Below, piece by piece: positions 43,768 through 53,365 of a stretch of DNA of 64,000 bases. The stretch lies in assembly GCA_963782915.1 (NCBI GenBank), contig CAWALK010000020.1:352001-416000 (forward strand). The letters are read 5' to 3'. Made by a program: the position numbers and the translations under genes. The stretch comes from an uncultured archaeon. Lineage in GTDB: Archaea > Thermoproteota > Bathyarchaeia > Bathyarchaeales > Bathycorpusculaceae. How positions within the stretch are numbered: the first letter of the stretch is position 1; the number at the start of each line of letters is the position of its first letter. The notes under the pieces were generated by a model. That model did not search any database. It worked only from the letters and a program-made list of their open reading frames with translations, and was not told the DNA's origin.

Positions 43768-44457
43768 AGGATGAATTCGCTTAAGCCAATATGTGTTGTT
43801 GAGTCGCCCCAATCGTAGGTGTAGCCAAGGCGTGTCCAGGGATACTTCATTGGAGTAGTATGAGCTGATTATGTTGCTGTTGAACCATTCTTTGTAGTCA
43901 GAGGTTGCGTTAGCGGGGAAATTCAGTGATGCGGTTGTGTCGGTGATTTCGTTGTCCGGTGCTGGTCGGAAAAGCGATTGTGGCTTAACCCAAAGCTCTA
44001 CGAAATAGGTGTTTGTGGTGTTTGCGGGTAAACCCAGTAGTTGCGCTGCCCGAATTGTATAGTTGGCGTCTGATGCAACGTGGTTTTGGAAGAAAGTTTG
44101 CATTTCCGGCGCTGCAGTTACCCATGTGTTGCCCCAACTGATTGTGATGTTTTCTCCGACTGGGTAGCTGTTGATGTATTTTGTCCATGCGACGACTAGG
44201 ACGGTTGCGTTTTCGCCTTCGCCCTGCCAAATCAAATTGCTATTGTTTAGGGTTATGGGTGTTAGGTTAGTGGTGATTTCGCTTTCTTTAGCTACCATTG
44301 CATCTTCGATGGCTGCTTGGTATTTCTGGTCGAGTGTTGGCGGCGGTGCAAAAGCCGGAGCGATTACCGCTGTGTAGAGGGTGGATATTCCAAGTGTAAC
44401 GATTATGCCTATTACAAAGAAAACAACGATTACTGTGCGGTCTTTCATTTTGCCCAT
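43768..44457 (-). CDS. Membrane-anchored extracellular hypothetical protein (frameshift ~43850)
   Basis: N-terminal TM; WVT, QLLGLP, FVELWVKPQSLFRP; the other frame gives YPWTRLGYTYDWG. Confidence 0.65.
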
Positions 44458-44550
44458 CTTCTATTAAGCATACGATTAAGCGCTTTAGCCTAATAAAAAA
44501 ATCGCAAAAGCTAGTTGGGCAAAAATTGGAAAAAGAAGTAGAGATAGGGT

Positions 44551-45195
44551 TTATTCGGCTGCTGTATCGTAGTAGCCTTTATCCACTTTAACAAAAATCA
44601 GTGGACCACGGCTTTGTGCCATCTCTCTTGCTTTTCTTAGAGTATTGTTGAGTGTGGTGAAGACTTTTTCTTTCTCGTCAGCTAAGCCTTGAATGCTTTT
44701 TTCTCCTAACTCCATTTTTAGGAGGTTTTCTGCTAGGATTTCTGTGCCGCATACTTCGCCGTTTTTGATTAAGGTTGATATTACGATTTCTTGGAGTTCC
44801 TGTTTATGCTCGAGTTTGCGCCATAATGGTTCTGCGTCGGTGACTGATTTGGTCATTTTGTTCCATTTGCTTGCGCTTTGGTTGCCGATGAGCAGTTTTA
44901 CTCTTTGCTTCCATTTCTTAAACCAAATGTTGCACCAAACCGTTAGGAATGCGTCTAATTCGTCGGCGTCTTCTCTGAAAAGCACTTCCAGTTTATCGAC
45001 GACTTCGCATTGGTTTGCCTCTTTGCCAATAAGGTTCCAATGGAATTTAAGGTAATTAGTAAAGTCTTGACAAGCCACCTGCAAGACCTTTCGATCCGAA
45101 CCCATCACATCTAATGCGGAGTCCGCATCTTTGAGTTTCTCCCCTATCATTATCTCCACGAAGTTCATTATGATTCCCGCTGAAGCCCTCTCCAT
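44551..45195 (-). CDS. Hypothetical protein
   Basis: 214-aa intact ORF. Confidence 0.65.
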   Translation of the reverse strand: MERASAGIIMNFVEIMIGEKLKDADSALDVMGSDRKVLQVACQDFTNYLKFHWNLIGKEANQCEVVDKLEVLFREDADELDAFLTVWCNIWFKKWKQRVKLLIGNQSASKWNKMTKSVTDAEPLWRKLEHKQELQEIVISTLIKNGEVCGTEILAENLLKMELGEKSIQGLADEKEKVFTTLNNTLRKAREMAQSRGPLIFVKVDKGYYDTAAE

Positions 45196-45300
45196 CCTTC
45201 TGTAAGAATGAGGTTACAATTAAACCTTATTTTCAAAACCCAATATAACTGCCTGTGCAAAAACGCGCTATATTACGAGCTTCGATATACCAAACAAGCG

Positions 45301-45957
45301 CTATTCAACGTGTTCAGGAAGTGAATTCACGTTTGGCAGAACTAAATCGGGGTTTTCCTGTTCAAGTTCTTCTCTGCTGTAGAGTCCCGAGAGGAACCCA
45401 ATTGTTTTTGCGCCTGCTGCTTTTCCTGCTCGTAAATCGTTGACGGAGTCGCCTGCCATTAAGCAGTCGCACATGTCAAGGTCTAGGGCTTCGACGCATC
45501 GGATTAAGCCTTCCGGGGCTGGCTTTGGTTTATCGCAGTCAAGTGATGTGACGATGTGGGTGAAGTATTTGGCTATGCCGTGTGTGTCGAGTTCTTTTTG
45601 CAGCACTGCGTTGGGGACATGGCGCATAGTAAATAGGGCGAGTTTTGCTTTTTTGGCTAAAAGCTCCAATGTAACTTCTACGTTTGGCATCAGCCTTGTC
45701 TCTTTCTCGGTGATGGAGTGGTAAGCATCAAGGTAGACCGGGAGAAACTCGTCTGTTGTGCCCAAAGTGATGTCTTCTAACGAGCGGCTTAACTCGAGTC
45801 TCTTTGGCAACTCAAGCATAACTGCATCGCTTGGCACAGGTTTGCCTACTGCGCGGAAAGCAATTTTGGCTGCTTCCAAATAAGCAACTGTGGAATCCAC
45901 TATGGTGCCGTCTAAATCGAGGAATATACCTTTGGCTTTGAACTTAATCTGCTGCAT
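45301..45957 (-). CDS. HAD-superfamily hydrolase (phosphoglycolate phosphatase-like)
   Basis: DLDGTIVDS, KPKPAPE, GDSVND. Confidence 0.9.
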   Translation of the reverse strand: MQQIKFKAKGIFLDLDGTIVDSTVAYLEAAKIAFRAVGKPVPSDAVMLELPKRLELSRSLEDITLGTTDEFLPVYLDAYHSITEKETRLMPNVEVTLELLAKKAKLALFTMRHVPNAVLQKELDTHGIAKYFTHIVTSLDCDKPKPAPEGLIRCVEALDLDMCDCLMAGDSVNDLRAGKAAGAKTIGFLSGLYSREELEQENPDLVLPNVNSLPEHVE

Positions 45958-46019
45958 TGCTGTCTGGTGTTGTGGGTGCTTTGTGTTTCTTTAAGGTTGC
46001 TCTGGGTTTGACGGATTTT

Positions 46020-46342
46020 TTGCCGAGGATTGGTTGAAGAGTTTGCCGCAACCATTGGCGCTAAAAGAAGGGTCTTATGTGATTTTTGCCTATCCCCCCT
46101 CTATTTATAGGCTCAACAAGTGTTGGGTTGGGCGTTTTGGTTGTCTGCATTCATTGGTTTAATGGTTAAGATAAGTTGCGTTTGTTGGAGAATTTGTCGG
46201 GTTTCTATGCGCCTGTTTTTGTACTCTATTGGCTTTGGCTGGTTTGGGGTTTGTTGCTGTGCCAAGACCTCCCTATCCCCTATTAAAAGAAGCCTTTGCT
46301 GCTCTGCCGACCCTCCCCCTCCCTTATATATAGAAACAATAG
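46020..46342 (-). repeat. Modular repeat with two TATA/G-tract modules (reverse orientation)
   Basis: Reverse complement ATTGTTTCTATATATAAGGGAGGGGG..GGCAGAGCAGC matches 18013-18055; CACTTGTTGAGCCTATAAATAG matches 6721-6742. Confidence 0.8.
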
Positions 46343-46399
46343 GGGCAGTTTGGGCTGGCGAAAACATCTCCGCCACTATGAGATAGCGGTATATTCCAA

Positions 46400-46876
46400 T
46401 CAAGGCGAAACCGTAGGCACAGGCACACTATTAGAGAAAATCATGACTTGTTCCAGCGCCAAATAAGCAATGAAGAAAATAATCAAATGCTCAACGATTG
46501 GAATCAGCAACCGCAACCGATACATAGACTGGCTTCGGTTTGGTTTGCCATCAATTCTTGAATATAGCCAAGTTGCCGGCAACGTAAGGAAAAATGCGAA
46601 AAACATTCCATAATAAATCGTGAGAACCTCCGATAATTCCCCGTTGAAAAATCCGTAGTATACGAAAGCTATGATTTCGAAAACAAACAAATTGCCGAAA
46701 AGGCACCAGCATAACTCTTTGATGTATCGGCGCCTGAATCTTCGCAAACCGCCAAGCTTCAAAGTTTCTGAGGGCGAAGGAATTAAACTTACAAGAATCC
46801 AACTTACAACCAACGCAATGATTATTGTGGTAGTTACCCTGAAGAAGTAATTCACTTGAGCTAGATACGAAGGCAC
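46400..46876 (-). CDS. Membrane protein (start uncertain)
   Basis: Four hydrophobic segments. Confidence 0.5.
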   Translation of the reverse strand: MPSYLAQVNYFFRVTTTIIIALVVSWILVSLIPSPSETLKLGGLRRFRRRYIKELCWCLFGNLFVFEIIAFVYYGFFNGELSEVLTIYYGMFFAFFLTLPATWLYSRIDGKPNRSQSMYRLRLLIPIVEHLIIFFIAYLALEQVMIFSNSVPVPTVSP

Positions 46877-47261
46877 AGTTGAAGGGCACAGGTAAGCTAC
46901 GTAGGAGAGTTCAGCGGTGGCTAAGACTGTGACTAGTAGAATGCATGCATCAAATACTCTGTCTACGTTTATTCGATTGGTGCTTTCTTCATTGCCTCAG
47001 TTTTGATGGGATCATTGGTTTGTCTCTTAGCCATTTAAAGGAGTTAGCGTTTAAGATTTGTTATCGATTAATTTAACATTGCCATGACACTGAATTATTA
47101 GCAATGGAACGTGCAAATGGTCGGGTTATTCATTATAATACAGATTCGCATCGGAATAAGATGGCAGTCAACAAACCTTGACTACGAAAATAACTTTTAG
47201 TCCAGAAACGTTGACAAGAACGCTTATAACCCAACCGAAACAAAACTAAAAATGATCAAGA

Positions 47262-48794
47262 ATGCAAATATCCTCAAGAAAACGCTGGGTTTCAATTATT
47301 TCTTTATTGCTTTTATTATCAGGGTTGCTTTGTATGGGGCCAACTTTTACCGTGAACGCTCAACAGTCAACCCAACCATTTTCCGACGACTTCAGCAGTG
47401 ATTCGGGTCAATGGCAGTATTTAGGAAGCGCCTACAGAAACCAAACAGGCCAGAATCTAGTCTTAACTAATTCTGACAACGAACATGCAGGAGTTGCCTT
47501 TTTCAATGCACCAATCCAAGGCTCTTTCACAGCTAACTTCCGTTACAAAACTGGTGGAGGATACTGCCAAGGGGATGGATTCACCATTTTTTTCTACAAA
47601 CAGGCTTATTCATCAGTGAATAGTGATAGTAGTGGGAACCATTTAGGATTCAACTCTTTTTCTGTTATTCCCGGATATGGCATCGAATTTGACGGCTGGC
47701 AAAACATACCTTGGGATTTCGAACAAGTAACCGGCGGAGAACAAAATCCGCAGGGTGACCCATCTTCTAGCCATATCGCGTTAATAGAAGATTTTACAGG
47801 TAATCATTTAACATACGTTGATGACCAAAGAGTTGCCGACAATAATTGGCATAAAGTTACCGTAGAAGTCCAAGCGTCTTCTGTGAAAGTATACGTTGAT
47901 GAGGATTTAGTGCTTCAAAGAGAGGGCGCACTAGACCGAACTTATAGTGGATTTGGATTCAGCGGGTCTAATGGCGGATGCGGCAGCAATTGGCACATAA
48001 TAGATGACTTCTCAATAACCGCCCAGAACTTAAAGACGCCAACACTAACAACGACCTGCATCAGTTCAAGGTCACAATCAGCTTTTGAAGTACAAATTAG
48101 TGGTGATTTAACATTTAACGGCGCTGGAGTCCCCAATGCACCCGTATTGCTCTCTTATAGCGTAACCGGCGGCGATTCTTGGCAAGACCTCACCTCTATC
48201 CACACCAAATCAGACGGCAGTTACTCAGCCCTGTGGTTACTTTCCGTCACAGGTGATTATATGTTAAAAGCTGTTTACAAAGGCAGCGAAAACTATCTCG
48301 GCACTACCAATGCAATCAGTTTCTCTATCGAACCGTGTGGAGAACAAAGTGTCTTCTCAGTAACCTCAAACTCAACCCTAAACGAATTATCATTCAATCT
48401 GGCTAACAAAGAGCTGAGCTTCAGAGTAACAGGGGATTCTACAACAACCGGATACGTGAACGTTTACATTCCTAAATCTCTGATAAACGATATCTCAGAC
48501 CTCAAAATGAGCTTGGACAACAATCAAGTGGACTATACGGTGCAGCCTTTAAGTGAGGGCTGGTTCCTTTACGCTACATACCATCACAGCACACATTTAG
48601 TAACGATTAATTTAGGGTCAAATGCCAATCCTGCAGAATCGAACGCTCAAAGTACACAAGCGCCAAATACACAAACACAGACACAAGAACTAGATTGGGT
48701 AAAGATCGCCATCTTGGCATCTATGATAGCTCTCGCCGTTATAGTGATCATCACAGCGCTTGTATTTATGAAAAACCAAAAAAATAAAAAATAA
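47262..48794 (+). CDS. Cell-surface protein with legume-lectin-like domain, Ig-like domain and C-terminal anchor
   Basis: Signal peptide; GSA..LVLT, GDGFTIFF, GIEFD, DNNWHKV; C-terminal TM plus Lys tail. Confidence 0.8.
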   Translation: MQISSRKRWVSIISLLLLLSGLLCMGPTFTVNAQQSTQPFSDDFSSDSGQWQYLGSAYRNQTGQNLVLTNSDNEHAGVAFFNAPIQGSFTANFRYKTGGGYCQGDGFTIFFYKQAYSSVNSDSSGNHLGFNSFSVIPGYGIEFDGWQNIPWDFEQVTGGEQNPQGDPSSSHIALIEDFTGNHLTYVDDQRVADNNWHKVTVEVQASSVKVYVDEDLVLQREGALDRTYSGFGFSGSNGGCGSNWHIIDDFSITAQNLKTPTLTTTCISSRSQSAFEVQISGDLTFNGAGVPNAPVLLSYSVTGGDSWQDLTSIHTKSDGSYSALWLLSVTGDYMLKAVYKGSENYLGTTNAISFSIEPCGEQSVFSVTSNSTLNELSFNLANKELSFRVTGDSTTTGYVNVYIPKSLINDISDLKMSLDNNQVDYTVQPLSEGWFLYATYHHSTHLVTINLGSNANPAESNAQSTQAPNTQTQTQELDWVKIAILASMIALAVIVIITALVFMKNQKNKK

Positions 48795-48805
48795 AAAAAA
48801 GTTTT

Positions 48806-50315
48806 TTACATGCCGCTTTTTAGGCGTCTATAAGTCGTGTAATCAACGTATTCGACGAATGGGTTTTCTGCGAGGAATTTGACGTTGATTTTTTGGCGTC
48901 TGCGTTTATCGAGCAATTGACTAGTGGTTCTTAGGACGTATGCGTCGCTGCCTGCGCCTGAACCGTAGCTGGCTACCAAGATGCGTTCTTCGGGTTTGGC
49001 TATGTCAAGGATTGCTGCTAAGCCGACTGGGGATGCGCCGCTGTAGGTGTTGCCGAACTTGTTAATCATCAGTGATGGGCAGTATTGTTCGTCTTTGAAG
49101 CCCAACTCCTTTGCTATGCGTACTGGGAAGGTTGGGTTTGGCTGGTGAGGTACGAAGTAGTTGATGTCGGATGGCTTTGAGGTTTTGGCGTTCCATGAGT
49201 TTAGTGGCTGATTTGCGTACATGTTTGAAGTATGCTGGGTCGCCGGTGAATCTGCCGCCATGCATTGGGTACGGTTCGCCGTCTCTGCGCCAAAAGTCCG
49301 GGGTATCAGATGTGCAGCTGTACCAGCCTTCGACTTCTGCGATGACGTCTTGTTTGCCAAAGATGAATGCTGCACCGCCGTAACCGACGAAAGCGTCTAA
49401 TTCGCCGCCGGGGCATCCTTTTGGTGCTGCTTGGGAGTTGTCTGCGCCGATAACCATGGCGTATTTGATGTTTGAGCGTGGGTAACTGACGAGTGCACAG
49501 GCGTCTTTGAACATGCTTGTGCCTGCTTTGCAGGCGAATTCTGTGTCGATGGCGTCTACGCTTTGTAGGTCGCCTTCTTCTTCGCCCAATTTCAGGACTT
49601 GTGCGACTTTGGAGGCTATTGGTTTCACTGCGTAGGGGTTGGATTCTGAGCCAACATAGACTTTTCCGACCCAAGCGCTGTCCAGCCCTGAGTGGATTAA
49701 TGCAAGTTTGCCTGCTTCAACCGCTGCAGTCACCGCGTCTTCATCGATGAAGGGTACTGCGCGTTCTAAGCCCTCGCCTTTTACGCGGAAACGCGAAGTG
49801 TAAGCGCCGTAGCCGACGATGCCTGGCAACTCGTAGTCTTTGGTTGGTTGGATTACTTTGTATTCTTGGTGTGGATAGTACTCGTCTGCTAAGGTAAAGG
49901 CGAGTGAGATGGTTGGGATAACGTCTGCTTTGCCCACTGAGTAGCGTCTGCGGAATCTTGGAACAACCTCGCGTCCTTCGAGGCTTGTGAGGTCTACTTT
50001 TTCGCCGTCACAGGTTAACTGGTCGGTTAATCTGGCTGGGACACGGATTTTACCGTCGTGGAAAGAGACGATGCCGTAGACGAAGCTGTTTAGTTTCGAG
50101 AATTTGTTAGTGGGTTCGTTGATGAATGTGCAGAGTTCAAGTTTTCCTTTGTCATAGAATAAGTCGATGCTGTCCATTTTGCCGTAGCTTTTACGACCGC
50201 AGACACTGCAGTAATCGCGGACTTCAAAGTATTCTTTGCCACAGCAGCTGCATCGGCTGGCTTTTAATCGGTCGCCTAAATAGGATACTCGACGCTCTAT
50301 TGGTTCACTGCTCAT
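48806..50315 (-). CDS. DUF35 (Zn-ribbon/OB) - hydroxymethylglutaryl-CoA synthase fusion (frameshift ~49170)
   Basis: CSCC..CSVC N-terminal domain in frame with GSESNPYAVKP, FACKAG, GRFTGDPAYFKH; later HQPN, GNTYSG, SYGSGAGSD. Confidence 0.9.
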
Positions 50316-51514
50316 TGCGTTTTCTCTCCAAGGATGGATACGTAGGCTTTTGTGCCGAAGCCTTCGAATTCGACGATTCCGCCGTATTTTAAGCCGCCCG
50401 GCACAGTAACTTGGCGTTCTGCTGCTTCTCCGCGGAGTTGGCGGTAGATTTCATAGATTTGTGCTCCGCCGGTTGCGCCAAGTGGGTTGCCGTTTGCTTT
50501 TAAGCCGCCGTCTGTGTTAACGTGGACTTGTTTGCCGCTTAATTCGTAGCTGGTTTGGTTGTTGAGGTAGCTTTCATGGATGCTCTTCCATGCGGTGCCG
50601 GGTGCGCATAAGCCGAGGTCTTCGAGGGTAACCATCTCCATCATGGTGGATTGGTCGTTAAGTTCCCAAAGCGGTATGTCTGAAGCGGCAACTTTGGCGG
50701 TTTGGGTTGCGTTTTTCATTGCTAATTCGGTAGCTACGAAGCGTGAGAGGTCTTCGCGTGATGAGTAGTTGAGGTAATCTGTGGCTGAACCTGAAGCTAA
50801 AACAAACACCGGGCGGTTAGTCATTCTGTTAGCTACACTCTCGCTTGTTAGGATGACTGCTGAGGCGCCGTCTGACATCGGAGCGAAATCGTATAGACCC
50901 AACGGTTTATGCGCTGCTTTACGTGCGTTTATAACTTGTTCAACGGTAATTTTTCTTTGGAACTGTGCATACTTGTTTTTGACGGCGTTGGCGTGGTTCT
51001 TAACTGAGACTTGGGCGAGGGCTACGTTGAGTTTTTCTATGTCTTGCCCTTGTAAGCCGTGTTTTTTGATGTATGCACGCATCATGAGTTCATGGTTGGA
51101 TTCCGGGGTTCCGCCGGCGTAGTAGCTCCATGGGTCGTCTAGGAGCATGAGGTCGTCGCGGATTTTGTCCCAGCGATCCGACATTTTCTCTATGCCGCCG
51201 ACAAGCACCGTATTGTAGACTCCTGCCTGAATCGCGTGGCATGCAGTCATTAGGGCGGCGCTAAAACTGCGGGTGACCTCCATGGGTACATGCAACTCAG
51301 TTAATTCTGAGAGGAAACCCTCTTCGAGGCCGAGTTTGTTTGTGATTGGTAAGAAGCAATCAGACATGTAACAAGCTTGTAGATCTTTGCGTTCCATGTT
51401 ACATTCCTTAGATGCGGCAAGCCAAGCTTCCTCGATGAGTTTCGCGGGTTCTTTACCGTAGTGCTCACCGAACTTGGTTCTGCCGACAGCAACTATGGCT
51501 GGGCGGTTTTGCAT
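50312..51514 (-). CDS. Thiolase-fold protein (acetoacetyl-CoA thiolase-like) lacking canonical catalytic residues
   Basis: GRTKFG, GGIEKM, SVKNH.NA, PMSDGASAVIL, NTDGGLKA.GNPLGATG. Confidence 0.85.
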   Translation of the reverse strand: MQNRPAIVAVGRTKFGEHYGKEPAKLIEEAWLAASKECNMERKDLQACYMSDCFLPITNKLGLEEGFLSELTELHVPMEVTRSFSAALMTACHAIQAGVYNTVLVGGIEKMSDRWDKIRDDLMLLDDPWSYYAGGTPESNHELMMRAYIKKHGLQGQDIEKLNVALAQVSVKNHANAVKNKYAQFQRKITVEQVINARKAAHKPLGLYDFAPMSDGASAVILTSESVANRMTNRPVFVLASGSATDYLNYSSREDLSRFVATELAMKNATQTAKVAASDIPLWELNDQSTMMEMVTLEDLGLCAPGTAWKSIHESYLNNQTSYELSGKQVHVNTDGGLKANGNPLGATGGAQIYEIYRQLRGEAAERQVTVPGGLKYGGIVEFEGFGTKAYVSILGEKTQ

Positions 51515-51652
51515 AACGTATGTGCTTCCCTGTTTGTGTTAGCATAGAAGATTTTCAAAAACACCTATTAAGTGTTTGCCATATTCAAAGAAATTTGGGG
51601 CGATGGGCTAATATAGAGAGAAATCAGATACAATGTGCAAGGGAGAGAAAGC

Positions 51653-51814
51653 ATGGGTAAAATTAAGGGAGCACTAGCGGGACTCCAGCACCGAGTAGAC
51701 GGTTTCTTGTATACCTGTGAATACATTAAGGAATGCGATAAGACTACTCCGCAGTGCCGTGAGGGCGGGAACAGTTACTGCGGCGAATACAAAAAACGCA
51801 GCCGCACAAAATAG
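51653..51814 (+). CDS. 53-aa Cys-containing microprotein
   Basis: Manual translation MGKIKGALAG...YTCEYIKECDKTTPQCREGGNSYCGEYKKR.. Confidence 0.45.
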   Translation: MGKIKGALAGLQHRVDGFLYTCEYIKECDKTTPQCREGGNSYCGEYKKRSRTK

Positions 51815-51878
51815 TTGCTTAAACCGTGTGGTTATGGTTTATTTCTTTCTCTGTTATCTGCGCCTTTAAGCGTTTCAA

Positions 51879-53219
51879 TCAGCTTTTGCAGTTTTCGCTA
51901 AGTTCTACGGGATACGCCGGTGCATTAGTCAAAACTTTGTATTGCTGAGGCAACTTTTTGAGGTTTTCAGCGGCGAAGCTGCGGATTTCCTCAAGCGAGG
52001 GCAACGCTATCAATAATTTGCCCTTATCCATCACTTTAACAAGCAGTGGCTCTCCCATCGCGGATTCATCTGTCAAAGCAATAGTATCCCGTTTGAATGT
52101 GCCGTCGCCGTTGGTGAAACGGTAAACTTGTTTTCTGCCGGGCAGGGTTATTTTGTCTTTGCTGAGCTTCATAATCGGGGCGAAGGTGCCGTCTGCTTTT
52201 TGGGTTTCACAGAGCTTATAGATCCCATCCAAATAGGGCCGGTCCGCGCTGGTGCCCATCTTTGTGCCTACGCCAAAAGAATCAATCGGAGCGTCAGCAG
52301 AGAGCAACTCAGTAACTTTGTATTCGTCGAGGTCTCCGCTGGCAAAAATTTTGGCAAATTGCAGGTTTTGGGCATCGAGGATTTTTCGGATTTTTTTGCT
52401 GGACTCAGCCAAGTTTCCGCTGTCTAACCTGACGCCGCCTAAACGTATGCCCTTAGCTTGAAGCTCTTTGGCGACGACTACCGCTTTTTCTGCCCCTGCA
52501 ATGTCGTCGTATGTGTCGATGAGTAGGGTGGATTTGTCCGGGAAGGTTTTGGCGAATGCTCGGAAGGCATCGATTTCTTTGGGATAAGACATGATGAAGC
52601 TATGTGCCATGGTGCCAAACACCGGGATACCATAGGTCATGCCTGCTAGGACGTTGCTGGTGCCTTGGCAGCCTGCGATGTAGCTGCTGCGTGCGACTTT
52701 CATGCCTGCGTCGATTCCCGGTTCCCGGCGGAGGCCGAATTCGATGACAGCTTTACCTTTTGCTGCGGTTACTACGCGGCTGGCTTTGGATGCAATCATC
52801 GTTTGGTGATTAATCGAGTTAAGCAGGAAAGTTTCGACCAGTTGCGCCTCGATAATAGGTGCAGTTATGCGGATGAGCGGTTCATTCGGAAAGGCGATTG
52901 TTCCTTCGGGGAGCGCCCAAACTTCGCCTGTAAACTTGAAGTTTCTCAGGTAATCGAGGAAATCCTCTTGGAACCCCTGGTTTTTTAAGTAAGAAAGGTG
53001 TTCCTCGGTGAATTTGATGGATTGTAAGTAGCCTAATGCTTCTTCTAGGCCTGCGAAGAGGAAGTAGCTGCGGTTTTCAGGCAAGCGACGGATGAAAAGG
53101 TCGAATGTGGCGGTTTCAAAGTTTTGGTTGTCGAAGTAGGCGGCGCACATGGTGAGTTCATAGTAGTCTGTGAAGAGGCTCATGTTTTCCTCTTTTAGGT
53201 AGCCCAGAAACGGTTTCAT
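51879..53219 (-). CDS. pncB: Nicotinate phosphoribosyltransferase
   Basis: LFTDYYELTM, EFGLRR, GTMAHS, LIDTYD, VRLDSG, ASGDLDE, FGVGT. Confidence 0.93.
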   Translation of the reverse strand: MKPFLGYLKEENMSLFTDYYELTMCAAYFDNQNFETATFDLFIRRLPENRSYFLFAGLEEALGYLQSIKFTEEHLSYLKNQGFQEDFLDYLRNFKFTGEVWALPEGTIAFPNEPLIRITAPIIEAQLVETFLLNSINHQTMIASKASRVVTAAKGKAVIEFGLRREPGIDAGMKVARSSYIAGCQGTSNVLAGMTYGIPVFGTMAHSFIMSYPKEIDAFRAFAKTFPDKSTLLIDTYDDIAGAEKAVVVAKELQAKGIRLGGVRLDSGNLAESSKKIRKILDAQNLQFAKIFASGDLDEYKVTELLSADAPIDSFGVGTKMGTSADRPYLDGIYKLCETQKADGTFAPIMKLSKDKITLPGRKQVYRFTNGDGTFKRDTIALTDESAMGEPLLVKVMDKGKLLIALPSLEEIRSFAAENLKKLPQQYKVLTNAPAYPVELSENCKS

Positions 53220-53365
53220 GGGTATGTAGAGTTCTGGTTTGCGATTTAATTCTTTCCTCGACTGCCATGGCTGAAAACTTTGTTAATAGTGATTATTCGG
53301 TGTTCTAATGCGTAGATTTAAATGCAGAACCGCTAACTGACACATCAAGGGGTAGATAGTAAACG

